64,000 bases of DNA from Lytechinus pictus. Its lineage: Eukaryota. Below, one piece after another: positions 24,937 through 37,208 of the stretch (position 1 is the first letter of the stretch; every line of letters starts with the position of its first letter). The position numbers were made by a program, and so were the translations under genes. The notes beneath the pieces are model-generated. The model ran no database searches and had not been told where the DNA came from. It saw only the letters and a program-made list of their open reading frames with translations. The DNA lies in NCBI RefSeq assembly GCF_037042905.1, contig NC_087251.1, forward strand, positions 44,888,001-44,952,000, in the 5' to 3' direction.

Positions 24937-25578
24937 CCCTAAAAGGACTGGGGGAAAGATTGCGCCACAAAATTTTATTACTTTTTTCTTTGAAGTCTCG
25001 TGCAACTTTTTATTCCAAATTCGGGTATAGCATCGCGATGTCACATAACTTTTTACGAGACAATGTCATGCCGAAAATTGCTCATTTTTATACTTTTTGT
25101 ACAAAGTCTATTAGAGATGAAATTCATAAAAGGGTGATTATTTTTCATTCTAATTGATCTGCTTAATTAATTTAGGGTTTAATTTAGTTGTTAAATGGTC
25201 TGTAATTTCCAATGAAAAAGAAAGAAAAACAAAAGATGAAAAAATACATAAGAAATTTTAAAAACAAAGAAATACATAAGAAAAAATTGGATTTTGCAAT
25301 TTTATTACAAAGATGACATCTGAAAAAAAAAATATGAAGTGAAATTGGGAGTAAATTATGACAATGATGTTTTTCACGAATAATTTTGCATATTATATTC
25401 ATAATAAATAAAAAATAATTGTTTTACGAATTCTTTTTATACTAGGTAGTTTATGTGGTAAAGAATGTGCGTGCCAAATTTCGGCGTAAACGGCAGCCGA
25501 GATCAGAAGGGGGGCCATTATGCCCCCCCCCCCCCCCCCCGTCCTCAATACATCTCAAATAGCTCAGTCCTTTTAGGG
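24937..25578 (-). mobile_element. piggyBac-like MITE (TIR CCCTAAAAGGAC), inverted relative to the copy at 30276-30993
   Basis: TIRs with TCAA/TTAA flanks; the body is the reverse complement of the 30.3-31.0 kb copy. Confidence 0.8.
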
Positions 25579-26094
25579 TTAAGGGCTCCACACACCTTAC
25601 GAGTGCTCCATGGTCCAATTTTGGAACAAATCGTCTTATACTTTTCTGAAAATGTGAATGAAAATATCTTTATGAGGTTCAAATTACTAAACTGTAAGAG
25701 TACTAAAATAACAATTTGGGATGATTGCAAGCCTTTATTTTTGGAATCAAGCCCATTCTGACAAAACTATATCACGTATGTTTACTCTAACCAAGAATCT
25801 TCTTAACAAGAATTATATAGTCAAGCTATTTTGCAGTTCAAGCAGGCTACACATTTACAGGGTGGGCTGTAGTCATTGCTTCCAATATGGTCCGCAATGC
25901 ATCACCAAGATAATGAATCCATTCCAGTGTCGATTTGCTCTGAAGAGCTCAAATGAAAACTCCAAAACCAATATCTCACTTTTCTTTGTGATTTGGGCTG
26001 GTGTTATCTCAAGCCTGTTCCATTCTACAATTGCATGCACAACCACTAGCAGTAGTGTCCAAGTTCTAAAATTTCCTCACACGGATGGGCATCA

Positions 26095-26257
26095 TCAGCT
26101 GGTTTCAATTCCGAGAGGATCGATATGTTTATTATGTCTGAACGGGAAGAAGAAGAGTCCAGAGAAAGCCTCCTCGACGGCCCTCTGACACGCCATGTGC
26201 TCCTTGTAGCCTCCTCCGACACCAGAGGGCGACGCAGAACGGATGTGCCTCACATAC
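26095..26257 (-). CDS. MNAT1: MAT1 exon 8 (terminal: GYVRHIRSASPSGVGGGYKEHMACQRAVEEAFSGLFFF...ETS*)
   Basis: Acceptor CCCCTCAG|; phase 2 matches; conserved C-terminal CDK7/cyclin H-binding motif; candidate AATAAA at 25734-25739 (minus). Confidence 0.92.
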
Positions 26258-27033
26258 CTGAGGGGGTGGGATAAAATACAAATACGAATGGATGAATGCT
26301 ATTCCCTGATGTTGTATCACAATACAAGTAGCATTTACTTGTTTCCTTTCTCTCTGTTAAGTTTGAGACTGTCCAACAAGAATACATGTATTTGATATGG
26401 TTTAAATATTGCCATAGAGTGAACTTTTCTATATCTTAGTCACTATCATCATGAGCTGTATGTTTAACTTTTCTGGATCTTGGCCGAGATATATCATTCC
26501 ACAGTATAGGAACACTGAGCTTATATGTTGGATTTCATGTCGACCCCCGAGCAGCAACCTCTCATGATCACTAATGGGCAATCCGATGAAGTATGTACAT
26601 TTATGTACGACCCCCTATACATGGAACCTCCAAGAATAGATTTTTCTCTTTTTTTTTTCTTGTACGTATGAAAAGTTATAATGATCTTCAATTACCCTGT
26701 CTTGAGCAATTCGTGAAGTGGAGTAACAGTGGGGTGGGGGTCAGGCCAGGTGAGGGTTGGACACACTAAAAAGTTTGATTATTTCATGGAAATTCAACAC
26801 CGAGGCAAGGTTACAATGTCTGAATCACTACATGAAATAGACATAGGAACATTTCTTTCCACGGGACGTGTATGCAGAGCCATTTATACTGCAACTGTCT
26901 CTCACTTAATTCATGTCACCATTCTCACCATAATATTCCTACATTAAGATGGAAACCATAAGAAGCTACACCATTCTTGCACCTTAAGATGGAAACCTAC
27001 GATGGGAACCTTAAGAAGTTACACCAGTCTTAC

Positions 27034-27164
27034 CCATTGGATGTTAACTCTTCTTGTGTGCTCGGTGCTTCCGGTCCAAACGTATAAACCTCTACTTCCA
27101 TATATTCATAAGGTATCTCCTCTATCTTGGGTATGGGTAAGAAGTTATCTTGGAATCCAACACC
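27034..27164 (-). CDS. MNAT1: MAT1 exon 7
   Basis: [21 protein letters not shown]...TFGPEAP; AG/GTAAG boundaries; 131 nt. Confidence 0.9.
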
Positions 27165-27705
27165 CTAAGATCAAACAGAAAGCAATGTATATGTCAGCAC
27201 CTTAAAACAGAATAACAATGTACTCCAAACGATACTTCAACTAGAACTAGAAATGTTCTGACAAAATTACAAATCTTCAATCTACAAGTGTTTAAGTCGC
27301 TGACCAGCTCTATCTCTAATACCAAAAAGGAATATGAGAAATGGGTAAAGCCAAGTTGTTAAGCACACATTGATGCAACATAAATAAAAATAGGATACAA
27401 GGAGGTTTATTTGGTCTCTTCAAACCTTAACACAGAAATTTGGTTCCCATTGACAAATCACAAAATATACAGAAAATCATCCACAAGAACAAATTATGAT
27501 TACGAATTTAGCAGAAAGCACAAATAAAAATAGCAACATGATGACAAAGCAAGAATGTTAATTGGTATTTCCAATCATAACTTTGAGTATTGTATCATAA
27601 CAAAATAATTTAGTATCTGATAAGATACAAAAAGTTTTTTTGTTCTAAAGAGAAAGGCCGATACAATGCACTAGAAATAGAACTGAGAATGATAAGCATT
27701 CTTAC

Positions 27706-27831
27706 CAGTCTTGCTCCCGATGAGACTTCGATCGCTTTCTTGGGAGGAGCTTTGTACGTAGGAGCCTCTTGGTTCTGCTGAATGGAAACATGGCTCGCTA
27801 TCACCTGGTCTGCTGGCCGATCAGAATAGAT
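27706..27831 (-). CDS. MNAT1: MAT1 exon 6
   Basis: IYSDRPADQVIASH...SSGARL; TTTAG| and |GTAAG; 126 nt. Confidence 0.88.
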
Positions 27832-28410
27832 CTAAATCAAACAAAAATGATTTCAGAAAGTGAAGAAAGTTACCAAAACAACATCAGTCCGTGAATATTC
27901 TGTACCGGCCACACAAACGTTCTGACAGAGCACTAACAGTAGGCCCAATCATGTCTTCTGAATTGTGATGTCAAACGCTGATCCAAGAGGTAAATAATGT
28001 GTTGTTGTGACATTACCGGTTGGTAGCAGAGCCTCTCAGCACATTGATAGCGCTAACAACAATCTGTGCGGCCGGTACTGGTCTTAAATAAATGCGACTT
28101 AAATCATCAAATTGTGATCTGTTAATCTTTGATGAATCTATGCTTTCTTTTCTAAACTTCTTCATTGTTATCTAAATGCAAGTCCCACAAAAGCTTCTGA
28201 ATGGTTGAAAATAAAGCAAGGTTTGATGTTTTCCAAGTATTTGATTTTGATTCATTAAGGGGGCAAGTAACTTACATTCCATTGCAATCATGCCTAGATC
28301 CCAAAATCAAGCATAAGCCCTTTAATTAAATGCACATTTGCAGCTAATTTGCTTTTCATTTAATTGCAACTTATCTTTCTTGCAATGTCCTATCTGCTTA
28401 ACTTTGGGAT

Positions 28411-28651
28411 AATAATAATAACAATAATACCAACATGCTTGTATAGCACATAGCCCCGCAGCCTTTTACAGCGCGGTGGCATTTCAAGGAATAAATTCCT
28501 GCCAGGTACCACCATTTACCTCACCGGGGTTGAGTGCAGCACAATGTGGATAAATTTTTTTGCTGAAGGAAATTACGCCATGGCTGGGATTTGAACCCAC
28601 GACCCCCTGTTTCAAAGTCAGAAGACTAATCCACTGGGCCACAACGCTCCA
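28411..28651 (-). mobile_element. tRNA-derived SINE family B with (TTA)n tail
   Basis: Head GGAGCGTTGTGGCCCAGTGGATTAGTC...GGGTTCAAATCCCAGCC (A/B boxes); a second copy lies at 54180-54460 (+). Confidence 0.8.
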
Positions 28652-28745
28652 CGGGATATACGCTTAATTTGTGGTTGAACGTATGTATCTTGCAATGCCC
28701 CATTTAGTTTCAAGTTCTACGGACCCATGATGATATCCAACCTAC

Positions 28746-28886
28746 CAGCTCATCTAAGAGGGCTTCTTTGTTTCTCTTCTTCTGATTAAGACTCTGCTTC
28801 TCCAGGAATTTGTATTCCTGTTTCCGTTCTTCTTTGATTTGTTGTTCCTCCTCCAACAGGGCATCTAAGTACATCATATCATGACT
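28746..28886 (-). CDS. MNAT1: MAT1 exon 5 (coiled coil)
   Basis: SHDMMYLDALLEEEQ...KKRNKEALLDEL; TCTCAG| and |GTAGG; 141 nt. Confidence 0.92.
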
Positions 28887-29385
28887 CTGAGAAATTAGGA
28901 GAAAAACAAATCCAATAATCTAGACAAGACCAGGTGGGTGTTTCATAAAGCTGTTCGTAAGATATGAGCGACTTTGAGAACGACCGGTGATCCTTTCTTT
29001 TGGCAAATGGTATACACCATTGGGGATTGTTTAGCGTGTAAGAAAGGTTCACCAGTCGGTCTTAAAGTCGCTCTTAACTTACAAACAGCTTTATGAAACA
29101 GCCCCCAGGGTCCCGCTTCATTAAGACTTGTTATAGTAACAAATGAACAATTTCTAAAAAAATAGTTCACTATCAGCTAATAAAATTCAACTATTGATAG
29201 TCGCCTCAAACTGTTATTCAAAATTTGTTATTATAACAAGTTTTATGATCCTGTGCATCTAGGTACAGTGCACCATGATTCTGTGCAATAGGGAGATAAA
29301 AAATGTTCCTACATGAGAGAGATCAATATAACGACCGGGATGATATATGAATTCTATGGGAGTCTTAAATGAAGACATCCTTTAA

Positions 29386-29968
29386 AGGAGAATGAAACCC
29401 TTGAAACCAGCTGAATCCATATCAAAGAGAAAAAAAAAGAAACATATTGTTGAAAGTTTGAGGAAGATTGAATGAATAATAAGAAAGTTATGAGCATTTG
29501 AATATTGAGATCACTAATGCCATGTAGTTCCTCCCATCGGCAATGCGACCAAGATCTGTGATGTCACACACGTACAACTCCCTCATTACTTTAGTACTTA
29601 TTTCACTTATATTCTCACTTTTATAGAGTCTATCACAAGGTGAGGTGTTCTCTTTATGAGAGGACAAGTACAGAGGTTTCACATCATTATATCATTGATG
29701 AATAGTTTGTCATATGATTAGAATGAGCAAAAAGAGATGTTTTGGGGTATATTTTCAGTGTCCAAAAGGGGAGAGTTGTTCATCTGTGACATCATAGATC
29801 TTGGTCGCATTGCCAATGGGAGGATCTCCATAGCATTAGTGATCGCGACATTCAAATGCTCATAACTCTTCTATTGCTAGTCCTATTTTACTCAAACTTT
29901 TGTTGATCTTATTCTTTGATTTTTCTGCTTTCACAAAAGCTAACTTGCTCCAAGAGTTTCATTCTCCT
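29386..29968. mobile_element. Kolobok-like MITE family B (AGGAGAATGAAAC...GTTTCATTCTCCT, TTAA TSD)
   Basis: TTAA at 29382-29385 and 29969-29972; relatives at ~41731-41943, ~59712-60172 and 63276 onward. Confidence 0.8.
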
Positions 29969-30141
29969 TTAAGCATGGCATACTTGGATCTACTTTGGAT
30001 CTTTGAATTAAAAAAGAATATGGACTTCCTGAGATAGTAAAATTATGGAGGAAAGGAAAAAAGGGACAATAACCTCCTAAAAAGATAGCATAAATCAATC
30101 CAATGCATTAAAGCAGAGTTCAAGATGATGAATAACACTTA

Positions 30142-31065
30142 GGAGGCGCGATAGCTCAGTCGGTAGAGCAGGGGTTTCGGATTCCGGTGACCTGGGTTTG
30201 ATTCCCACTTAGTGTGCTAGTGCCCTTTGGTATGGCATTTATCCTCATTACTAGGTCCCTCAGAGAGGACCTTAACCCTAAAAGGACTGGGCTATTTGAG
30301 ACGTATTGAGGACGGGGGGGGGGGGGCATGATGGCCCCCCCCCCATTTGATCTCGGCCGCCGTTTGCGCGATCGCGCCAAAATTTGGCGCGCACATTCTC
30401 TACCGCATAAACTACAAACCAGTATAAAAAAAAACATTCTGAAAATAATTATGAATAAAATATGCAAATTTATTCATGAAAACCATTATTTGCATATTTA
30501 ACACCCAATTTCACTTCAAAATTTTTCTTTTTTTTCCAGATGTCATCTTTGTAAACTAATTTAAAGGTTTCCACAAAAAGAAATTGCGAATGTCAATTTT
30601 TTCCTTATGTATTTCTTTGTTTTTATAATTTCTTAAGTATTTCTTTGTTTTTTCATATTTTTTTCAATGGAAATTATTACAGACCATTTAACAACTAAAT
30701 TTAACTCTAAATTAATTAAGCAGACCAATTAGAACGAAAAATAATCACCCTTTTATGAATTTCATCTCCCATAGTCTTTGTACACAAAGTATAAAAATGA
30801 GCCATTTCGGCATGACATTGTCTCGTAAATAGTTACGTAGCCTCGCGATGCTGTACTTGTAGGTCCCGAATTTGGTCACAAAAGTTGCGCGAGACTTCAA
30901 TGAAAAAAGTTATAAAATTTTGCGTTTCGGAAATATTGCGCGAAGCGTCGAGGGGGGGCCATCATGGCCCCCCCTCCCCCCGTCCTTTTAGGGTTAAGCC
31001 GTCGGTCCTCTAGTTGCTTGCTTGTAAGCATTCATGCTTTCTTTAAAGCAATCAGGTAAAAAATC
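30142..31065 (+). mobile_element. tRNA-derived SINE family A interrupted by a piggyBac-like MITE
   Basis: Head GGCGCGATAGCTCAGTCGGTAGAGC...GGGTTTGATTCCC; the body resumes at 30998 and matches the copy at 8620-8746. Confidence 0.8.
30276..30993 (+). mobile_element. piggyBac-like MITE with TTAA TSD
   Basis: TTAA|CCCTAAAAGGAC...GTCCTTTTAGGG|TTAA. Confidence 0.88.
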
Positions 31066-31227
31066 ACCACCATTTACCACTTTCATTCATTCAAGCTGCA
31101 GTCTCATCGACCATACCAACTCAAAAACGTCAAATATTGCGTTATTGAACATAACACAATAGATTTGGTCGGTCTGGAGTCAGTTTCGTCGGTATGACTG
31201 CGGCGTCGTTCATGAATAGGACCTCAC

Positions 31228-31331
31228 CTTCATCTGCCTGTTCTTGGTGATCAACTCTTTGTTCTCTCTTCTGTAGTTTTCAATCTTCTTCCTGGTGGCT
31301 TCCATATCTACTCCATTGGTCAGATTATAAA
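31228..31331 (-). CDS. MNAT1: MAT1 exon 4
   Basis: VYNLTNGVDMEATRKKIENYRRENKELITKNRQMK; AAG acceptor; |GTGAG donor; 104 nt. Confidence 0.92.
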
Positions 31332-31761
31332 CTTTGAAACAAAAAAGAGCAATGATATATATGATCAATCATATATAAGATCAATCAAGAAATGACAAAA
31401 TCTACAAAACATAAAAAATCAAGCAAAGCAACAAGTGAAATTATGGATAGTACTGTATAATCTTAGGAAAATTCAACATCCAACATATTTAATAATTATT
31501 CACATGGACCTGTGCAGACTGGTACATTGTTGAAAAAAAATACAAATACCTGTATGATTTCACATCAATTAAAAACACAAGACTTAATTCCAAATGTTTA
31601 CCCACAATGAAACATTGTAGCAGACACTTTACATCAAAATAGATGTACATAATATCATTGTCCATTCGCAAATCTTTGTCAGGAATGTTCCCAAAGATAA
31701 GCAATATTCAAACTGTACATGGTTTATTACTTCCACCAAGGATACTGTAATGTTAGCTCAC

Positions 31762-31835
31762 CAATATGCTCTATGTCTTCTAAATAGTCATTATATTCTC
31801 TCAACGTCTGGAAGTCACCTTCCTGTTTGTTAAAG
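31762..31835 (-). CDS. MNAT1: MAT1 exon 3
   Basis: FNKQEGDFQTLREYNDYLEDIEHI; 74 nt. Confidence 0.94.
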
Positions 31836-32645
31836 CTGAAAGATATCAGAATCAGAACAGTGTGTGGTATTAAAATTAACAGTAATATGACACATCCTAA
31901 ACATCTGCAATCGGACTGGAACTGTACACCGCCAATACAATTTCATATGGGTGTAATTATTACCAGTGATTAAAACTCGAGTCAATTTTACAAAGGGTCA
32001 AGTGCAAAATCTACATACTCTTCATCTTTAAGACAGCACATTATTTCTTTACACAATGAATACTAATCGACCAAACAAAATGCCATCATGAAACATAATT
32101 AGAATTGGTAGGTAAATTGAGTGAGTTGATGTGGATAGGCAAACCAGGGACACAAATTTCAGAAAAGTTGCCCACAGTGACCAAATTGTCAGCTCTGACA
32201 ATTTTGGTTAAAAAAACTTGGTCTCAATTGGATGAACAGAATGGTCTCCGTTAGTGCTATTTCTATAGTAACTGTCGGAGAATCGCACATTGTTAGTGCT
32301 GACAAGCTTCATGAAACAGTGCCCTGTTCATCACCATGCTTTTTTCCCCAAGTCAATATCCTGTTGACTGAGCACCGAGTTAGAGATCTCATTTACATGT
32401 ACAACTACATATACTAGTACAAGAGACACTAGGTGATTTCAAGTCCGGTGTTGGGGTCGGAAGCACAAATTGGACTGCGTTTCCTGGCTCCAAAACCTAT
32501 TCTGAGTTTACACAAATGATCACAATATTGACAACTTGCCACACAGTGAGTGACCTTTCAGGACCAACTTCATTCTATGTTTGGTGCTATGATTATATAA
32601 AAATTGACCTAACATGAATACCAAATGGTCAGCACTGAACTCCAA

Positions 32646-32957
32646 GGCCCGTATTCTGAAGTCAGGTTTAACTTAGACTCAGGTTTAAAGTTGTGGTTTA
32701 AGTATGGGAAGCCAAAAGTATCAAAATATTTTATTAAGTTGTACATTTCTTATGTTTACTGTGCTCTTTCCTGATTCATCGATGGTGAAGACAATAATCT
32801 ATATATACTTCCTGGATAATTATGAATGATTTGTGAGCCAAATGAGCTGAAATATGATATCTCTACTGTCAGTGATTTATGTAACAATTGGCTGTCCATA
32901 CTTAAACCACAACTTTAAACCTGAGTTTAAGTTAAACCCGACTTCAGAATACGGGCC
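32646..32957. mobile_element. Harbinger-like MITE, intact
   Basis: Long TIR GGCCCGTATTCTGAAGTCAGGTTTAACTTA / TAAGTTAAACCCGACTTCAGAATACGGGCC. Confidence 0.85.
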
Positions 32958-33014
32958 ATAATCACCTATTCTGAAGGCAAGATAGATGGGAAATATACCT
33001 CTTCACATACTTAC

Positions 33015-33167
33015 TCTTTCATCACTCTTCTCCTAATGTCCACTTCCTTTTCAATGATTGAATCTTCAAAGAGTTGTACTCGAAACTGGTTTCTCCTCAG
33101 AGGTGTTTTACACTCGGGACACGTCCCTGCTCCTCGTACAAATAACAGCTCAACACAGTTATCACAT
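33015..33167 (-). CDS. MNAT1: MAT1 exon 2 (second half of the RING finger)
   Basis: [48 protein letters not shown]; 153 nt. Confidence 0.96.
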
Positions 33168-33383
33168 CTGAAATGACAAGATAATCATGATTTTTCTTGA
33201 CCTTTAAATAAGAAGATGAGGGATATCCAGGTTGTAAAGCTAAACCAAGAGAAATAGATTCCCATTGCTTGCCTCCATTTTTTAAAAAGATTTGTCATTT
33301 TCCCATGCCATGGACTTATTATTCCGGATATTGGTCATATGTTTGACATTTCATTATCAATGTAAGATAAGCTTAGATATAAA

Positions 33384-33620
33384 ACAGGGCTCGACATTAG
33401 CAGTGGCCCAGGCCAGGGCAACAAAAATGAGTCGGGCCACCAAAATTCTGTAAAAGCCCACACTTGGTGGCCCGGTCGGGCTTCCAAAGTTTTGATGAAT
33501 TGCAATGTTTTATTTTGTTTTGGGTTCACCGAATTTGCTTTGCTGGCCACCAAGAATATGATATTGATGATTTTGGTGGACCGATCGGGCCACCGAGAAA
33601 AAAGTTAGTGTGGAGCCTTG
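33384..33620. mobile_element. Short hAT-like MITE (CAGGGCTCGACA...TGTGGAGCCTTG)
   Basis: Imperfect TIRs and GGGCCCACC subrepeats; termini resemble the host element at ~9115. Confidence 0.55.
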
Positions 33621-34794
33621 TTAATAATAAGTTAGTCCACTCTGGTGGTATCACATCTAAATTCTAAGTAAAACACAAGCAAGTAAACTAACTTGTAAAA
33701 ACATATCTTGTGTGTGTGCAAATGCACGTGATACACTCACACTAGTGCGAGATTAGTATTAGTATACTAATTCACACTAGTGCGAGGTTAGTATTAGTAT
33801 ACTAACACAGCACAAAGAACCGCATTTGGCGGTGTAGGGCGCATGCGCGAATTTGACAAAGTCTATATGCGCTATAGACCAAAAGCTTCGGTCTCTGTTA
33901 TGTTGGTTGTTCAGCTGAACTCCGTTGGCTTCACTCACCAAATACAGAGACCGAAGTTCTAGCGCGATCTGTACAGGGGACTCAATGGCCATATGTTTAT
34001 GTGTATTAAGTTCGGATAAAACAGGGCAGTAAAGTTGCGCAACAGCCGGGGTAAGTCACTGTTTTTGTTCCTTTTAACTTGATTTTCCCCGTTTTTTTTG
34101 CAATTAATGCCAAGAGGGAATATTAATTTGCATTTCGGTCGCGTTAATTTTCAAAAGTTTGATTCATTAAAGACAAAAATTGAAGAGCCCCGACAGGGGA
34201 ATTTTGCATTGTAAGTCCCCTAATGGTGGCTGCACGATAGCGAGCCGTCTGTGTATGAGGAGAAATTTAAAAAATAAAAAAATGTTAAAAAACTCCTCAA
34301 AACAGACGGCTGCCAGCTGTCTATATGCGCTAGTGCTATAGCCTCGGTCTCGATCGGCCATTTTGTTTTGAATTCTGAAAGAAGGAGAGCTACCGTGACA
34401 GAACTTTTCGTTTTTTGAGGTTCCAGTCTGTGCCTCGATGTCAGGAGGAAGCTGCCACTCGTTAGACCTTCATCCATATAGACCATATTATAATAGTGGT
34501 AAGTGCTTAATTTCTGTTTTAACTATTTACTCTTTAAATGATTTAGACCATACCTCATGCTACTACCGTGGGGTATGGCGAATTACACGGTAAGCCCCTG
34601 GGCTCCGGCCCGCTGAGCTGCGCGGGCCGGAGCTCCCTGGGTTACTGACTACTGTCTATCACTACACTTGACTTGGTCTGATCTTGGCACACACGATTTT
34701 GAATGCATCGGACTGAACCTACAAATATAAGTTCCTGCAGTGATCTTCCTAATTTCCATCCATATTCTTACAAAAAACATAGTCATTATACTTA

Positions 34795-34908
<114 letters not shown>

Positions 34909-35170
34909 TTATGAGACAAGTAAAGTATGATACAAAAAACTGAAAATACTTCTAACGTAGATGGCGCTATTGAAAAACAGCACGGTGATGACAACACCAT
35001 AGAGATGTATATATCTCTGTGACAACACCGATCTCGTGACAACGTGCGAAGTGGCATAATCAGATTTTCCTCGGGAAAATGTGCCCCCCCCCCCTTTTGT
35101 TGGAAAATCCTGGATCTTCCCCTGGTGTATATCATGTATATAAACAAAAGAAGTGATCAAGGCATATTCT

Positions 35171-35933
35171 CATTGGCGGCACCAGGCAAATGGGGGGGGG
35201 GGCAAAAGAACATTTTTTCTGGCAAAGGTGGACACAAATTTTTTGGGCTGTTTCACAAAATCGAGCGCGAAGCCCAAGTTCAATTTTTTATACAGTTCCA
35301 ACTGACTTGAAAATGGACCTGATAAGGACTGCTTGCACTTACTCATGAAGATGATATCTCACCAAATAAATAATACGAGCGTGAAGCGCGAGCTGAAAAT
35401 TTATATTATCTCGAGATGATAACTGGACGTTATAAGCACTTTTGTAAACATGATCAGGATAGTTATTTAACTAAACAATTGATGCGAGCGCCTAGCATGA
35501 GATAACAATTTGTTTACCTTTTTGTATATAATTATGCAGGATGTGTATCTTAATAAAAAAAAAATTGAAAAATCGAATCATGAGAAGAATAAGCCCCAGG
35601 GTATCCTACATTGAACGGATCATTTATTTAAGTCAACTGACAGCCACTGCGAGCGCGAAGCGCGAGAGGGATTTTAATTTCATATAATGACCTGAAAGAT
35701 TTCTGTTAGTGACTAATATTGTTAGTGGCTATCAGTGAATGAATGAGAACATTTAAAAAATTAGAATAGTGAAAATGCTATTTTGGGAGCATTTTACAGC
35801 TTGAGTAGGATGCTTATGACAGCATTTACTATATTTATTTAGTTTTCCAAATTTCTGAGGGGGGGGCAAGTGGGGGACAATCCTAACTGGGGCAAATACC
35901 CCCCACCCCTGCACCCCCTTGGTGCCGCCACTG
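35171..35933. mobile_element. hAT-like MITE with internal ~120-bp subrepeats
   Basis: TIR CATTGGCGGCACC / GGTGCCGCCACTG; repeated GCGAGCGCGAAGCGCGAG. Confidence 0.65.
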
Positions 35934-36061
35934 TATGTCCTTTATATTTGTTTTGATTATGATTTACAGGAGGTGAAATAGTTTTTAATTTTGTTCACGC
36001 TCAACATTTATTATTACTGTGTATTTATAAGGTACATTATGTTGCTTAAAGGGTACAAAGC

Positions 36062-37208
36062 CAGTGGCTTACCGTGGACCACGGCATGGGGGGCACCAGC
36101 AAAATTTTGGAGTCACTTAGTGGGCGCGCCAAGCGCGCTCAATTACCAGGTATACTGACCTAATAGACACTTTAAGGACTGTGCCATTAAACGGATATGT
36201 ATCTCACTGATCAAATAATGCGAAGCGCGAGCTGAATATTGTTTATATTCAGATCCAAAAAGGGACATTATAAGCAAAATTGTGTAATCATTATACGTTC
36301 CTGTCTCGCTAAACTAAACAAAATGCGAGCGCGAATGGCGAGTGGAAATCTTTGTAATATTGACCCCAAACAAAGACATTTTAAGGACTATTTTTTAGGA
36401 ATCCATTAAGAGTATACATATCTCACCATTGTCATCTAATGCGAGTGCCAAGCGCTTGCTGATTTTGTTAAAATTACATCTAAACACATGTATGACATGA
36501 AGCACTTTTTGTAGTCAAGGTAATCATGACTCAACTTATCATACACATCTCACTAATAAAATATTGCGTTGTGCGAAGCGCGAGCTGAAAATTTAGGAAA
36601 TTCAGACCTGAAGAGGGGCATTTTAAGGATTGTTTGTAGGAATTCACGAAGATTTCACTAATCAAATAACAAGAGCGCGAAGCGCGAGTTGAAAATTTGT
36701 GATATTCAGATCAGAAAAAGGGACATTTTAAGGACTGATTTTAGGAATTCATGAAGAACAGACATCTCACCGATCCACTAATTCGAACGTAAGCACGGAC
36801 AGGAAATGTTTTATATTCAGACCTTAAAATGGGGCAATCACTTTAAGTAGTCATGAAAAAGAAGCATATGTCACTACATAAAACAATAATAACTCGAGGT
36901 GCGAGGAAATATATTTGGTGTATATTGACTTGAAAACGGGATGTTTTAGTACAACATGATTATGTATATCTCATTAAACAGACAATGCCTAGCACCAGTA
37001 ACGACGAACACATTTAGGCCCTGAGCAAATTATTTTTCATAAAGTTATGAAAAAAAGTTCTTATGTAAGATAACATAATATATGTAATATAACATTATAA
37101 TGAACGATAATTTCTTCTTTCCCACTTCGTTTCTCTTCCTTTCCCCCTCTTCCCTCGTTTTTTTTTTTTTTGGGGGGGGGGGGCGTGCCCGCCGTAGTTA
37201 CGCCACTG
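36062..37208. mobile_element. hAT-type non-autonomous element with 8-bp TSD and an internal tandem array
   Basis: TSD TACAAAGC at 36054-36061 and 37209-37216; CAGTGGC...GCCACTG termini; ~7-8 degenerate ~120-bp units. Confidence 0.85.

Noticed and set aside
25721-26188. 155-aa plus-strand ORF
   Set aside because: It is antisense to the MNAT1 last exon and 3'UTR, with no recognisable domain.
30145-30215. tRNA gene
   Set aside because: It has A/B boxes but no proper acceptor stem and continues into a SINE body shared with 8620-8746.
33738-33805. ~35-bp tandem duplication in MNAT1 intron 1
   Set aside because: A simple local duplication with no evidence of function.
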